From: Octopus sinensis
Taxonomy: Eukaryota
Direction: 5' to 3'
Length of the DNA stretch: 64,000 nt
NCBI RefSeq assembly: GCF_006345805.1
Contig: NC_043002.1
Location: 14,570,001-14,634,000 of the forward strand
Shown piece by piece: positions 1-12,776 of the stretch (its first letter is position 1; each line of letters starts with the position of its first letter). Under the pieces are notes generated by a model. The model worked only from the letters and a program-made list of their open reading frames with translations, ran no database searches and was not told the DNA's origin. A program made the translations under genes and the position numbers.

Positions 1-14
1 TATTAGGTTGAAGA

Positions 15-89
15 ATGATTGTGTGGTTGAGAAGTTTTCTTCCCAAACACATGGTTGAACGTTCAGTTCCTCTGCATGGTGTCTTTGGC
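15..89 (+). mobile_element. Degenerate 5' head of the dominant tRNA-derived SINE (family 1)
   Basis: gtgtggttgagaagttttcttcccaaacacatggttgaacgttcagttcc aligns by eye to the family head seen intact at 18624 (gtgtagtaagtagctcgctaaccaaccacatggttcggggttcagtccc). Confidence 0.55.
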
Positions 90-1285
90 GTCGTTGTTGA
101 TCGTCTAGTTTCAGTGGATGTGTTCCACTGAATGCATATAAATCTTCGAGCAGACAGTCAACAGCGACGCCTAGTGGGTTGGACTACCCCACACTGATAA
201 AGGGCAAATAACCTGAAACTAGTCTGCATGTCTGAACTAGCATGGGGAAGCGATGACTTTCCCTTTTCGAAGATTGTAATGGATACAGGCTTGTGTGCCA
301 CATAGCTAGCCAAGGTGATGTCCTCTTGGAGCCAAGCAACGGTAGCATTCGTCCTATTATTCTGGACTGCCATGTTAGCTTGGCGATAAATATTAATATC
401 CAGTACTGCTGCCGTAATCTTCTTTAGAGAGAGATTTAGAAAATAAAAATGAAATTATAAAAAATAATTATTATATATATATACATTGATGTATTTGTGT
501 GCTTGTGTTTAGGCATAAAATTATGTGTATGCATCCAGAAAAAAAAAGCTAGAATATTAATAGAAGAAATCGAGTGCGAGAGGAATTATGAACCATATTA
601 GGACATCGCAATATCGTTTGAAAGATGATATATCATAGCAATTTCACACATCTATATACTTGTCACATCAATTATGTATTTCTTTTTTAATGTAAACTCA
701 TCAATTTTATTCCTACCATGTAGACAGTTATATTCGATTTCACACTTCATACCATAAGCTATGAGACAGAAATAACTTGTTAACTTTCTCCCTTCTGAAA
801 TCATTGGAAGACTAGAAAGCCTTGAATACAGAATAGGCAGAAGTTGTCTAATTTGTAATTCGCAATATATTGCGTTGGTGGCCAAAACAATATACGATTT
901 CTGTCTAATGAAAATCATTCTAATGGCAAACATTATTGCAATTCCATGCCGCTGGGAATGCTAAATGGTGAAGAACCTTACTTCATTTAGTATGTAAATA
1001 TCGTATAACATATAAAAATATATCAAGCACTCTGTTATCGACCCACAAACAGATTACAATCATAACATATAGGACTTGCATTTACTGTAGTACCGTTGAT
1101 GTGAGGCGAGCCAAGCAGGGTATGCACATAAGTTGAAGTGCAGTAGGGAAAAAAATTGGAATCTATAATCGTCGTAATCAAGGGAAAAGCATAGCATGAA
1201 CCGGAGAACACTTACATTCAGTCACCTGGATTAATTCTCCCAATAATATTTGTCAAAACACCTGAGAGTAATAGAATAATACCCT

Positions 1286-1388
1286 GCAATTCAACACATG
1301 TACAGGAAGAAGATAAGCTACACAGAGAGGATAAACGAGCTGGGCATGTAGTCACTGGAAAACAGACGCCAAAGGTATGGGGTGTTGA
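1286..1388 (+). mobile_element. CR1/L2-type LINE 3' ORF fragment (decayed)
   Basis: Translates AIQHMYRKKISYTERINELGM*SLENRRQRYGVL, matching the SY.ERL..L.LYSLERRR.RY motif also seen in the 21.4-23.1 kb LINE. Confidence 0.7.
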
Positions 1389-1450
1389 ATGTTTGTGTGA
1401 ACATGTACATACATACAAAAACACGTGCACAGACTCCTACACACAGACAC

Positions 1451-1493
<43 letters not shown>

Positions 1494-1518
1494 AAACGTG
1501 TGTATATATATATATATC

Positions 1519-1551
<33 letters not shown>

Positions 1552-1844
1552 TATATATATGTATATAAAATGTGTGTATATATATATATATATATATCAA
1601 TAATAATAAAGGGTAAACTTAATTAATCAATTTATAACTAATAATTTTACCAAGTAGTTCGGTATGTTAAAAGAACCGTTATCGGTAACCTTATACAATT
1701 TTTTTATAATTATAAGCATAATAATAATTAGCCGTTCAGCAAAGCTGCTTCACCACATGCCCAAATTAGAAGTAACATTTAAATACTATTCTACTACCAT
1801 AAGATATCTCCCAGACAGGAATACTCCCATTTGACGTAGGCAAA

Positions 1845-1976
1845 GGCGCAGACGTAGCTGTATGATAAGAAGCTTGCTTCCCATGGTTCTGGGTTCAGTC
1901 CCACTGCGTGGCACCTCGGGCCGGCCAGGCCTTGTGAGAGTATTTGGTAGACGGAAACAGAAAAAAGCGCGTCGTA
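1845..1976 (+). mobile_element. Internally deleted SINE family 1 copy
   Basis: ggcgcagacgtagctg...ggttcagtcccactgcgtggcacc...ttggtagacggaaac...cgtcgta. Confidence 0.8.
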
Positions 1977-1982
1977 TGTATA

Positions 1983-2034
<52 letters not shown>

Positions 2035-2040
2035 ATATAT

Positions 2041-2077
<37 letters not shown>

Positions 2078-2379
2078 TATATATATATATATGTATATAA
2101 AATGTGTGTATATATATATATATATATATATCAATAATAATAAAGGGTAAACTTAATTAATCAATTTATAACTAATAATTTTACCAAGTAGTTCGGTATG
2201 TTAAAAGAACCGTTATCGGTAACCTTATACAATTTTTTTATAATTATAAGCATAATAATAATTAGCCGTTCAGCAAAGCTGCTTCACCACATGCCCAAAT
2301 TTAGAAGTAACATTTAAATACTATTCTACTACCATAAGATATCTCCCAGACAGGAATACTCCCATTTGACGTAGGCAAA

Positions 2380-2512
2380 GGCGCAGACGTAGCTGTATGA
2401 TAAGAAGCTTGCTTCCCATGGTTCTGGGTTCAGTCCCACTGCGTGGCACCTCGGGCCGGCCAGAGCCTTGTGAGAGTATTTGGTAGACGGAAACAGAAAA
2501 AAGCGCGTCGTA
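2380..2512 (+). mobile_element. Internally deleted SINE family 1 copy (duplicate of 1845-1976)
   Basis: Same sequence within the second tandem unit. Confidence 0.8.
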
Positions 2513-2535
2513 TGTATATATATGTATATATATAT

Positions 2536-2659
<124 letters not shown>

Positions 2660-2721
2660 GTGTGTGTGTGTGTGTGCGCGTGCGTGTGTGTATGTATGTG
2701 TGTGTGCCTGCGTTTGTGTGT

Positions 2722-2968
2722 GGAAGCTCAATAGCCGGTGGTTAAGGCAGCGGATTCACGGTCGCAGGATCGTAGTTTCGATTCCAAGACCGAGTGTTGT
2801 GAGTGTTTATTGAGCGCAAACATATAAAGCTCCTCCAGGCTCCGGCTGAACTATTATAAGGGCACACGTGTCTGTGGCGAGCTCAGGCACGTTCATGTTA
2901 ATTTCACGAGCAGGATGTTCGTTGATAAGATCAACTGGAACCCTCGTTATCGCAACCGATGGAGTGCC

Positions 2969-2969
<1 letters not shown>
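2722..2969 (+). mobile_element. tRNA-derived SINE family 2, internally deleted
   Basis: Pol III A/B-box-like head (tagccggtgg; gtttcgattcc), related to 26931 and 58377 copies. Confidence 0.75.
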
Positions 2970-3036
<67 letters not shown>

Positions 3037-3054
3037 TTCTGTCTTTTTTTTTTT

Positions 3055-3436
3055 TTTACTTGTTTCAGTCATTTGACTGCGGCCATGCTGGAGCACCGCC
3101 TTTAGTCGAGCAGATCGACCCTGGGACTTATTCTTTGTAAGCCTAGTCCTTATTCTATCGGTCTCTTTGCCGAACCGCTAAGTGACGGGGACGTAAACAC
3201 ACCAGCATCGGCTGTCAAGCAATGCTAGGGGGACAAACACAGACACACATACATATATATATATATATATACATATATACGACAGGCTTCTTTCAGTTTC
3301 TGTCTACCAAATCCACTCACAAGGCTTTGGTCGGCCTGGGGCTGCAGCAGAAGACACTTGCCCAAGATGCCACGCAGTGGGACTGAACCCGGAACCATGT
3401 GGTTGGTTAGCAAGCTACTTACCACACAGCCACTCC
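3055..3436 (-). mobile_element. Full-length SINE family 1
   Basis: Reverse complement gives head ggagtggctgtgtggtaagtag, internal microsatellite, and tail ggcggtgctccagcatggccgcagtcaaatgactgaaacaagtaaaa. Confidence 0.9.
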
Positions 3437-3640
3437 TATATTATATTATATTAAATTAGAGATAAAACCACTATTAGGCAAATCAAACAATGAAAAACAT
3501 AAGCCAATACATAAAATTAATTAATATATATTATTTTAAATATATATCAAAAGTATTACAATTTTAATAAAAGATAAAGAGTAAAACACTACGATCGTTT
3601 CATGGCTGTAAAATTCGTAATAATTCGAGTTATGGTTACG

Positions 3641-3757
3641 GAGTGTTAAATTATAAGGCACAAAAAGTAAATGACTCTCCCCAGACACAACAGAACATCC
3701 TTCAACACAAGAACTCACATAAATTTTCTTGCAAAACAAATCCCAAAACGAAATATA
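3641..3757 (+). repeat. Dispersed TA-associated repeat (also at 5461-5590 minus and 5657-5722 plus)
   Basis: gtgttaaattataaggcacaaaaa...actctccccagacacaacagaa shared by three copies in the window. Confidence 0.8.
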
Positions 3758-3777
3758 GATATATATATATATATATC

Positions 3778-3813
<36 letters not shown>

Positions 3814-3881
3814 GTGTGGTGTGTGTGTGTGTGTGTGTGTGGTGCATGTATTCATGTATGTATGTCTCGAATATATATATA

Positions 3882-4623
3882 TTGTCTCGAAACGGTGGGT
3901 TCAGCTAATGTCGATTTTATTGAATTAAATTTACTCTTTAGCATTTCAAGGTATGTATATGAAATTTTGGTAAATATCTTTGTTAAAATGAGATGTCAGT
4001 GTAATTTTCATGTTTGCGTAAATTATACGACAACGTATTCACCCCACCTGTGTATATATTAGTGTGTGTGTGTGTGTGCATCTGTGTGTGTGCATCTGTG
4101 TGTGTGCATATGTGTGTGTGCATCTGTGTGTGTGCATGTGTGTGTGATTGTGTGTGTGTGTCAGTGTGTGTATGTGTATATACATATATATGTATATGTA
4201 TATATATATATATGCATATATATACATATATATATATATATACACATGTACATATATACACACATATAAACACACACATATATATGTGTGTGTTCATATG
4301 TGTGTATATATGTACGTGTATATATATGTATATATATATGCGTATATATATATACATATACATATATATATATATGTATATACACATACACACACTGATA
4401 CACACAAACACACACACATGCACATACACAGATGCACACACACACACATATACACCGGTGGGGTGAATACATTGTCGTATAATTTACGCAAACATGAAAA
4501 TTACACTGATATCTCATTTTAACAAAGATATTTAGCAAAATTTCATATACATACCTTGAAATGCTGAAGAGTAAATTTAATTCAATAAAATCGACATTGG
4601 CTGAACCCACCGTTTCGAGACAA
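3882..4623. repeat. Spacerless fold-back inverted duplication (~400 + ~342 bp arms)
   Basis: 3882-4054 is the reverse complement of 4451-4623 with 6 substitutions; internal microsatellite blocks are mirrored; perfect palindrome aacacacacatatatatgtgtgtgtt centred at 4281/4282. Confidence 0.92.
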
Positions 4624-5262
4624 CTTCAGAATCTCCTGCAAGTATTCTGGACAGTCTCCTTTTTTAAGCTGGTAAATGCTACCATAATCCTTGCCTTCAG
4701 TTCATTTTTGGTGTTACATAGTGCTGTGTTGGTCTCTCACTAAACTACGCTCCACGCATTTTAATCAAGGGGGTTGCCGTCTGAGTTCTCCTGCTTGTGT
4801 GGCATGATGAAAGGTCCTGTTGCAAGACATAAGGTTTCCAGTAGTCACACTCTTGACCCAGAGCAGCTCTACCTTCCTCCTCCTGGCACGATGTAGGCTT
4901 CTATATTGCGTCTGAAGCCACGGGCGAAGATGAGTGGAGGTGTAACGTTGCCATCACTAGTGATCACTCCTAACACCATCATGTTAATTGTATATTTGAT
5001 TTTTATCATTCTCGGTACATGTTAGTTTGAAAACCAGACACTCTGAAATTTTCGTATTGGAACTTCCAGCGCGAAGTCCAAGCAGCACAGCATGTCGTTT
5101 CCAGATATCTGGCAGAGCGAATTACATCATGGTGTTGCTTTTTTGACAGAGGGTGCCCAACCGATCCTACTATACTGTGTAGTCCATAAAATCAAAATAA
5201 AACAATGTGCATTTGCAAATCTAAAAGTAGAAAGCAGCGACAACTTACCCATCGCAGCCTAT
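4451..5262 (-). mobile_element. Internally deleted Tc1/mariner-superfamily DNA transposon (NPLD-type, maT/DD37D- or DD41D-like)
   Basis: Minus-strand remnants FALPDIWKRHAVLLGLRAGSSNTKISECL; MMVLGVITSDGNVTPPLIF; KPYVLQQD; NPLD*; [46 protein letters not shown]; both ends abut TA and share an imperfect ttgtcg-containing terminus. Confidence 0.85.
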
Positions 5263-5350
5263 ATACATACAGACAGACATATACATACTTACATACAACA
5301 TACATACATAACACATACATACATACATACATACATACATACATAAATAC

Positions 5351-5465
<115 letters not shown>

Positions 5466-5523
5466 TTCGTTTTTGGATTTGGTTTGTAAGAATCTCTATG
5501 TGAGTTCTTGGGTTGAAGGATAT

Positions 5524-5722
5524 TCTGTTGTGTCTGGGGAGAGTAATTTTCTTTTTGTGCCTTATAATTTAACAGACTCACCGGTAAATTTTTCACTTAT
5601 TTCTATTGTATTTTCCCAAAATTTTCGTTGCGCCTTGCAACCTTTTCAATAGGAGATTTTACCGGTGAGTGTGTTAAATTATAAGGCACAACAAAAAAAA
5701 TGACTCTCTCCAGACAGAACAA
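5524..5722. repeat. ~65-bp inverted repeat with ~65-nt spacer, flanked by (TA)n
   Basis: ttgtgccttataatttaacagactcaccggtaaa (left) vs tttaccggtgagtgtgttaaattataaggcacaa (right). Confidence 0.85.
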
Positions 5723-5740
5723 TATATATTATATATATAT

Positions 5741-5771
<31 letters not shown>

Positions 5772-5902
5772 CATTAATGGTGACGGAAATAATATTAATA
5801 TCATGAGTTAATCTTGATCATCAACTTAAACGAGGATATTGTGTTTAGAACGCAGAATACTGCGTTAATTAATTTGAGAGTATCTCGTAGAAAGACCCTT
5901 GG

Positions 5903-6010
5903 TATATAAAAGCACCCGTAATTGTATCGTTGACATAGGGGAATCGTCTGCTACGGCCGCCGGAATAGCGATATTACATGTTCAGCGCGATCCAGCCGAA
6001 CCATTTCCCC
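5903..6010 (+). promoter_or_regulatory. Candidate TATA-box core promoter followed by a CpG-rich non-repeat segment
   Basis: TATATAAAAG at 5903-5912; CpG-dense 5938-6010 with terminal GGGGAA/TTCCCC complementarity; no downstream exon identified. Confidence 0.25.
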
Positions 6011-7017
6011 TCAACAATGATATCTAGACTCTCAATCTACCTCTTTGTTCTTATCTCCTCCTTCTCTCTCTCACGCACATCCGCACACACACACATTTTA
6101 GCGTTGCTCTCTTTAACGTAATTCTAAGACAAAAAAGAAATAAAATCACCGTAACAGTGAAACAGTTCCTGGATGAATATCTCCAATAAATTTCAGAACA
6201 ACCATCTATCCCCGTATATATCCATGCGAAAAAATAAACCTTCACTCGAATGAGCTACAGTGCCCAAAAAATGATTTTCATATAATGCTCTATTAAATGC
6301 CCTTTCCAAATGGTAGAATTAAGCTGCTCGTGGCCCGGGTCTATACAGTGCTTGAAGCTTATCTAAGTAGCACATACACATACAAATACAAGCACACACA
6401 TAAAAATATACAAACACTCAAAAACATACACCCATACGGACTCACAATTTTAACTCCACTTTATTCAGAAGCATTCAAACATAGTCAAGCACATAAACGT
6501 ACATGGTGCAGTTGTTTAATGAACTAATGAAACTAGCGTAGACTTTGATTTTCGAGGAATTTTACAAAATATAGAATCATGAAACTTCGAATGAGATCGG
6601 TTATTTTTTTACATGGTAATATTTAACTACGTTGATGAATGGTCTTAAGAATACCTAAATCTATTCATTTCAAATGAAATTGATGCGGAAGTAAATATGA
6701 ATATAATTTGTAAAGAGACTGAATGAAGTGAATAGTTTAATATATAAATATTAAGTACACGAAACTGAATTTCAAATATGACATTGCTATTTCGGAAACT
6801 TCAAGGAAAATTTGGATTAAGTTGCGAAATAAAATTCCATATCAAAATTACGTGTGCACAGAATTCTTTGTATTTATACAACTAGTTAAATGCAGATAGA
6901 TTATATCTTATATATGTTTACATACTTATTTGAATATACACGTTCATATATATTTATGCATATACACATACATACACCCCCACAAACATACATATTTATA
7001 TTTGTATATATATGCTA

Positions 7018-7068
<51 letters not shown>

Positions 7069-7933
7069 AAAATATATGTATATACATGCATATAAGTATA
7101 TGTATATATACATATATATGTATATGCACACATATATATATATATATACCTATATATATATTCAAATATGTGCATGAATATATAAATATCTATGCTTATG
7201 GTTATAAAAATATATACATGATTATATGTATATACATATACATATACACATGTATGTGTTTATATATATATATATAGCAATAGAAAGATAGATAGGGGAA
7301 TTGATAGATAGATAGGTATATAGTTAGATCAATATACATTTATATTAATGAAGCCACGTTTTTGAAAGAAGCCATTCCTGAGAAGAGTAAACTATTTCTA
7401 AAGGCCATAAATTAAATTAAAATCAGAATAGCTATACCGATGTTTCCATGATGAATGGTTTTATGGAATAAATATTTTGTTGGAGTTACTGTGTATTAGA
7501 TACACTGTGCCATATTTTATATATCATATTGCACCACATGAATTCATGCGTATAAACATAGTCCCAAACATATTTTTACACCTTTTTCTACATCTTAGTT
7601 CTATGTATTGTTAACTTCGAGAAGACGATGATTTCTAAATTGAGTTAGTATTTATTTGAAATTCATAGAAATATGTCTGGCAATATCATAATTTAGATTA
7701 ATTTCGTTATTTTACAACTTCATATACATTGGTAACTGGCGTTTGGTAAAAGTATGGTAATTAATTTGCAACCCCTTTTCGAGTGTTCCTCGAATAAATA
7801 TCTCGAACAGTATTTCTTTGTCCGTTTCTGCATCTAACCTTTCTTGGTAATATCTGAATAAAGAAGTGATCACGTCAACAATCTTATTTTTCTTACATTC
7901 TTGCGTTACAAATTATTTTTGATATTAATGTAA

Positions 7934-8295
7934 GGCAACGGACCGTCAGAATAGTTAGCAGGCCGGAAAAAGTCTTAGTAATATATTTTGTCTCTCTCTC
8001 ACACTTTGAGTACAAAAACCACCGACATTGATTTTGTGTTTCATCATTTTGGTAGGAGATAGTATAAATTCCAGTTGAGAACTAAGTTGATTTAATTGAC
8101 TGGCGACGTCCTACAAAATTCAGGCCATGTGCTTATAATAGAATCAATTATTGATGTTGGTATAAGGCGGTGAGCTGGTACAATCGTTAACAGGACTGAC
8201 AAAATAATTAGCAGCATTTGTTCCTGCATAGGGTTCAAAGCGAGGCGAAGTTAACTTAGTATTTCATCCCTTTGGGCTCGATAAAATAAAGTAAA
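7934..8295 (+). mobile_element. Two degenerate SINE family 3 copies (Nin-domain-like)
   Basis: Heads ggcaacggaccgtcagaatagttagc (7934) and ggcggtgagctggtacaatcgttaac (8165), with decayed gtcgactttgcctttcatcc-like cores. Confidence 0.65.
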
Positions 8296-8594
8296 ACGTC
8301 TGGTTTTGTTTCAAAATATAAAACAAATATTGATATTGCCATATACTTATAAGCAATTGGTAAACAAAGCGTCACCACGTGCAATCATGGACAAGGTTTC
8401 TAATTTGATTCATAGGTGTGGATAGAAGGTTCGCTTCGTAGCCTTGCAGCCGCTCTTTTCACTTGGTGCGAACTTGTGTCACATAATCATTCTGAATGCA
8501 TTAGGTAAAACAATACAGTGTCGAAGCCCATTTTATGCGTGATTAGTGTGTGTGCGCGTGTGTGTATATTTTATACACAACACACACATACATA

Positions 8595-8659
<65 letters not shown>

Positions 8660-8684
8660 GTCTTCCGACTCAGTCTTATTTAAT

Positions 8685-9162
8685 CGGGGTCGATTAAATA
8701 AGTACCAGTTACGCACTGGGGTCAATACAATCAACTTAATCCGTTTGTCTGTCCTTGTTTGTCTTCTCTGTGTTTAGCCCCTTGTGGGTAGTTAAGAAAT
8801 TACGTATTTCGTCTGCCGCTACGTTCTGAGTTCAAATTTAGCCGAGGTCGACTTTGCTTTTCATCCTTCCAGGGTTGATTAAATAAGTACCAGTTACGCA
8901 CTGTGGTCGATATAATCGACTTAATCCGTTTGTCTCTCCTTGTTTGTCCTGTCTGCGTGTAGCCCCTTGTGGGTAGTAAAGAAATAGAAATAGGTATTTC
9001 GTCTGCCTTTAAGTTCTGAGTTCAAATTTCGCCGAGATCGACTTTGCCTTTCATTCTTTTGGAACCTATAAATTAGGTAGCATTTCCGTACTGGGGTCGA
9101 TCTAATTGATTGGTCCACTCCCCCAAACTTTCGGGCCTTGTGGCTAGAGTAGAAAAGAATAT
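8685..9162 (+). mobile_element. Tandem multimer of SINE family 3 internal/3' units
   Basis: Repeated gccgaggtcgactttgc(c/t)tttcat core and ttaatccgtttgtct...gccccttgtgggtagt tail; core resembles the Nin domain of Nin-SINEs. Confidence 0.85.
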
Positions 9163-9733
9163 ATATTAGAAATTTACTACACGACCATAAGGAGGCTGTT
9201 TGGTATCAAATTCATTTACTGGATATCAATAATATACGCCCGTCACAAGAACTAGCAAAGGATTAAGGTGGATAGCTAGAAGTAAATTACACGAGTTCCA
9301 TAGCTGAGTTACATTGCTCAAATTCTTCTCTTTTTCTCATTAATTTGTTTCGAAAGTTGATTTCTTTCCGCTCAGAAAAAAAAAAGATTTTGGTAGATTT
9401 TGGCAGAGAGATATATATTTTCTATCAATCAGTTGATTGATGAGACTGAGACAAAAGATTATAGGGAACTGGTGTAAGCCTAAAAGTAATATATATAATC
9501 CGTTATTTATGTATATTTTAGGTGACATTGACTAAAATCATACTATCATATTTGGGGAATGTAACCATGGATTTACACAATTTTACTGTTGAGAGACTTT
9601 AATTTCGGATTACCTGCAAAACAATATCAATCACTACACATTTTTATTAACCTGGTGTATTTTTTTATGTGCAGAGAGATTAAGTATTTCACCTGGATTA
9701 CTAATATGTTATTAATGTATTATTAATCCCTTT

Positions 9734-9772
<39 letters not shown>

Positions 9773-9894
9773 TACAGACCTATGTATATATGTAAATGTT
9801 TATGTCTATATCTGTTTGTGTATATGTATGTGTGTATGTAGGTATATATATCCATGCACACATACATAATACATACATACACACACATGTATAT

Positions 9895-9947
<53 letters not shown>

Positions 9948-9974
9948 GGTATAAATGAAGGCCCATTTACGGTG

Positions 9975-10085
9975 TTGCACTCAGTATTGCGAAAACGTGG
10001 GTTCGATTCCCAACCGGGTGTTGCGTAGTGTTCTTGAGTAAAGCACTTCATTTCACGTTGTTCTGCGATCATTTCGCTATCTGAT
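9975..10085 (+). mobile_element. tRNA-derived SINE head fragment
   Basis: B-box ggttcgattcc followed by gtgttcttgagtaaagcacttcatttcacgtt, as in the 46801 and 39613 SINEs. Confidence 0.6.
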
Positions 10086-10399
10086 ATTATTATTAGTGGC
10101 ATTATGAACAACGATAGCCATAACATCACCCACGCCAACAACAATAACAGCAACCAGAACAACACACACACACCACCAGCTAAACCACCGTTATCTTCAA
10201 AACCAACAACAAGGTATCCAAAACCTCCACAATCCCAATACCCACAACAACACCATTAATGGTAACAATGACAACAACATGAATAACCACAACAACTGCA
10301 GCGGCAACCACAACGCCCACTACCATAACATCAACAGCAACGATAACAACAACAACCGCAACAATGGTATCACCATTAACACACTAGGTTCTGTCTTCT

Positions 10400-12520
10400 A
10401 TGACCCTAACAGATTCTAGAGGAATTTACCCCACAAAGTTACCTTTTAACAAAATGTTATGTATCCCACCAGAGACAGACAGTGCAAGAGATGTTTAGAT
10501 TTCCTTACCTAGAAACAGGCACCGGCACCTCTAGAAACAATATAACAAAATCACTAGAAAATATGTGAGCGCGACCCACCAACTCTCCGCAGCACTCAGC
10601 AAAGCTGTAAAAAACAAAAACTGAAACACCAAACTAAGAACAAGTAATTAATATGCCTCCCTATGGATAAAACTGGTACAATGTTGGTATCCAGACGAGA
10701 GAAGTATGACTTGATCATGCAACCCGCACATCAGTAGCATGAAAGAGGTTGCTTCACAAGAACATGAAAAAATAGAAAAACGTTTCAACGCACAAATGGA
10801 AATGTGGCGCAACATACTCTATCGCTGTAAATGGACATCTCAAAATTTCCAAGCTTTCAACTATGATGTCCTTATGCTGTACGGACTGCAGAAGGACCAT
10901 AAACCTTTCATAGACCCTGTTATGGGACCCTCAACCCAACCGGTTTTTTAGGGCGAATAATATGTAGCTATTATAGGCTCTTACTGCCTCTCTCAGGTGT
11001 TATGACTGCTCATTGAAGTGTCTCCGAATAGTTGTGTGAGTATGGAAGACCTCAGTAGAATCAGTAAGTTCAACTGCACCAACGATCTTGCAGGTAACAT
11101 AGATGTGGTTGCACTCTCCTATTCTACTGACATAGATTTTGCTGCGGAAAAATTCATTGCTATTATGTGTGGAGTTCCGATAGGTTAAAACGAGGGAACC
11201 GAGCCTCCTTGTAAAAGTAACCTATGGCTGTATAATTACTTTGACAACCATCACTTATATAGATTCTGCTTCACCAGGTCTCAATGGGAATCCCACACAC
11301 GATCACCACTGCAGCGTAAAAGAGCATCACAAAGAGCTGGAGTGGGTGAACCGTACACAGCCAAGACCAAAAGAAAAACAATAAGGTTAAAACCTGACTG
11401 CTCATGCTATGGGCGCTAGCGTGAAAACCACATTGAAGAACCACATAATAAAGCCATTGATGTCGGTGTGGCCAGGCCTCTTCATAAGCCGGTTGGACAG
11501 AAAACTCAGACAGTCCCTAGATGAACAATCTATAACACAATTGATTTAATGTAGGTATGTAGATGACACTAATATTCTAGTTTGGAAAAGCCATGCGATC
11601 ATAACGTGAGGAGCACGATGGAGATCATCCTGCATATTGCTAACTACATCCACCAAAGTAGGAAGGTAACTATAGATTGACCAGCGAAGCAACCTAACAA
11701 CAGAATCCCTATATTTGATACTGACCTTTGATTAGAGACAGTAAACAAGATAGTACAGCTCCTCTGCTCCTATTAAAGAAACCCATAGATTCTAGATACG
11801 TTGTTCACACGAATTCAGCCTTGCCACACAGTTTAAACGCTAGCATATTACTAGCAAGCTCAGTTTGGATAATTAATAATGTATGTGTCTTTCCTATGAG
11901 AATCCAATAAAACAAGAAGGCACAAACAGAACTTCATGCACCGCATGCAATTCTCATAATACGACCAGAAAATCGGATTAGAATTTACAGGGGATCCAGA
12001 AAGAAGTTAGATAACATCGTGTAATGATGTCAATCTTACCCGTCAGAGATACCGATATGGAACTGGAATATTACACAGGTGATTTGTGACAAGGCAAACA
12101 GATTGAACACATTGTAGAAGTTTGATAAATATCAGTTAGTGATGTTTGTAGAGGGCACATCACTGAAAGCTCTCGAGAATTTCGAACTCAAAATTACGAT
12201 CGTTGAAAATTCAGGGAGTTCCTGATGGAGTTACATCGAAGCCAGGGAGCTTCATCGTAAAGGTAAGTTATGCAGGATTTATCTCTTTGAAACTAAAGCA
12301 TCCACTAATAAGAACTGTAGCGTATGTAAGTTTAACCCCAATATTAACTGTAAAACTAGGAACGAAGTCTAAAGCCTAATGTGCATGGAAGGAGTTTGTC
12401 AGTACAGAGAAACGGCATTCATTGGGGAAACCACTAGGCGTTTACCAGAAATGTTAAACGTGCACATGGCGGCCTACAGGGCCGGACTGACATCTGTATT
12501 TTGTCCAAACGCCGAAAGGA
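10400..12520 (+). mobile_element. Old decayed Penelope-like element (RT + GIY-YIG remnants)
   Basis: LPMDKTG; LYGLQKDHKP (ORF 10739-10951); RYVDDT at 11553-11570; RIPIFDTDL; YVVHTNSALPHS; FIGETTRRL at 12418-12444; many stops and frameshifts. Confidence 0.85.
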
Positions 12521-12776
12521 CCTTTGACTTCTTATAAATGAAAACATTACCCATACTAATTAGGAAATACATGTAAAAGGTAGGGATATACCAATGCCAC
12601 AAATACAACGCACATAGCGTGCATATATAGATACATTTGTAAGTAGGAAGTCAAGTATGTAAAATTGTAGGTAAGTTGATAGGTTTTAGATGCGTAGGTC
12701 AATTATATAGATTACTAGTTACTTCGTGAATTATGTAGGTAGTTACATAAATGGGGAATAAGGTAGATAAGTAGAT

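Larger units (their letters stand above)
1557..2530. repeat. Tandem direct duplication, period 534 bp
   Basis: Unique block starting caataataataaagggtaaac at 1598 and at 2132; only two 1-nt indels and no substitutions seen. Confidence 0.9.

Noticed and set aside
158-373. 71-aa minus-strand ORF in moderately GC-rich sequence
   Set aside because: No recognisable motif or splice context; probably a repeat fragment.
8685-9162. Repeat-spacer-like periodicity suggesting a CRISPR array (also 62870-63492)
   Set aside because: Units are ~160-200-bp SINE segments without unique spacers, the context is eukaryotic, and there are no cas genes.
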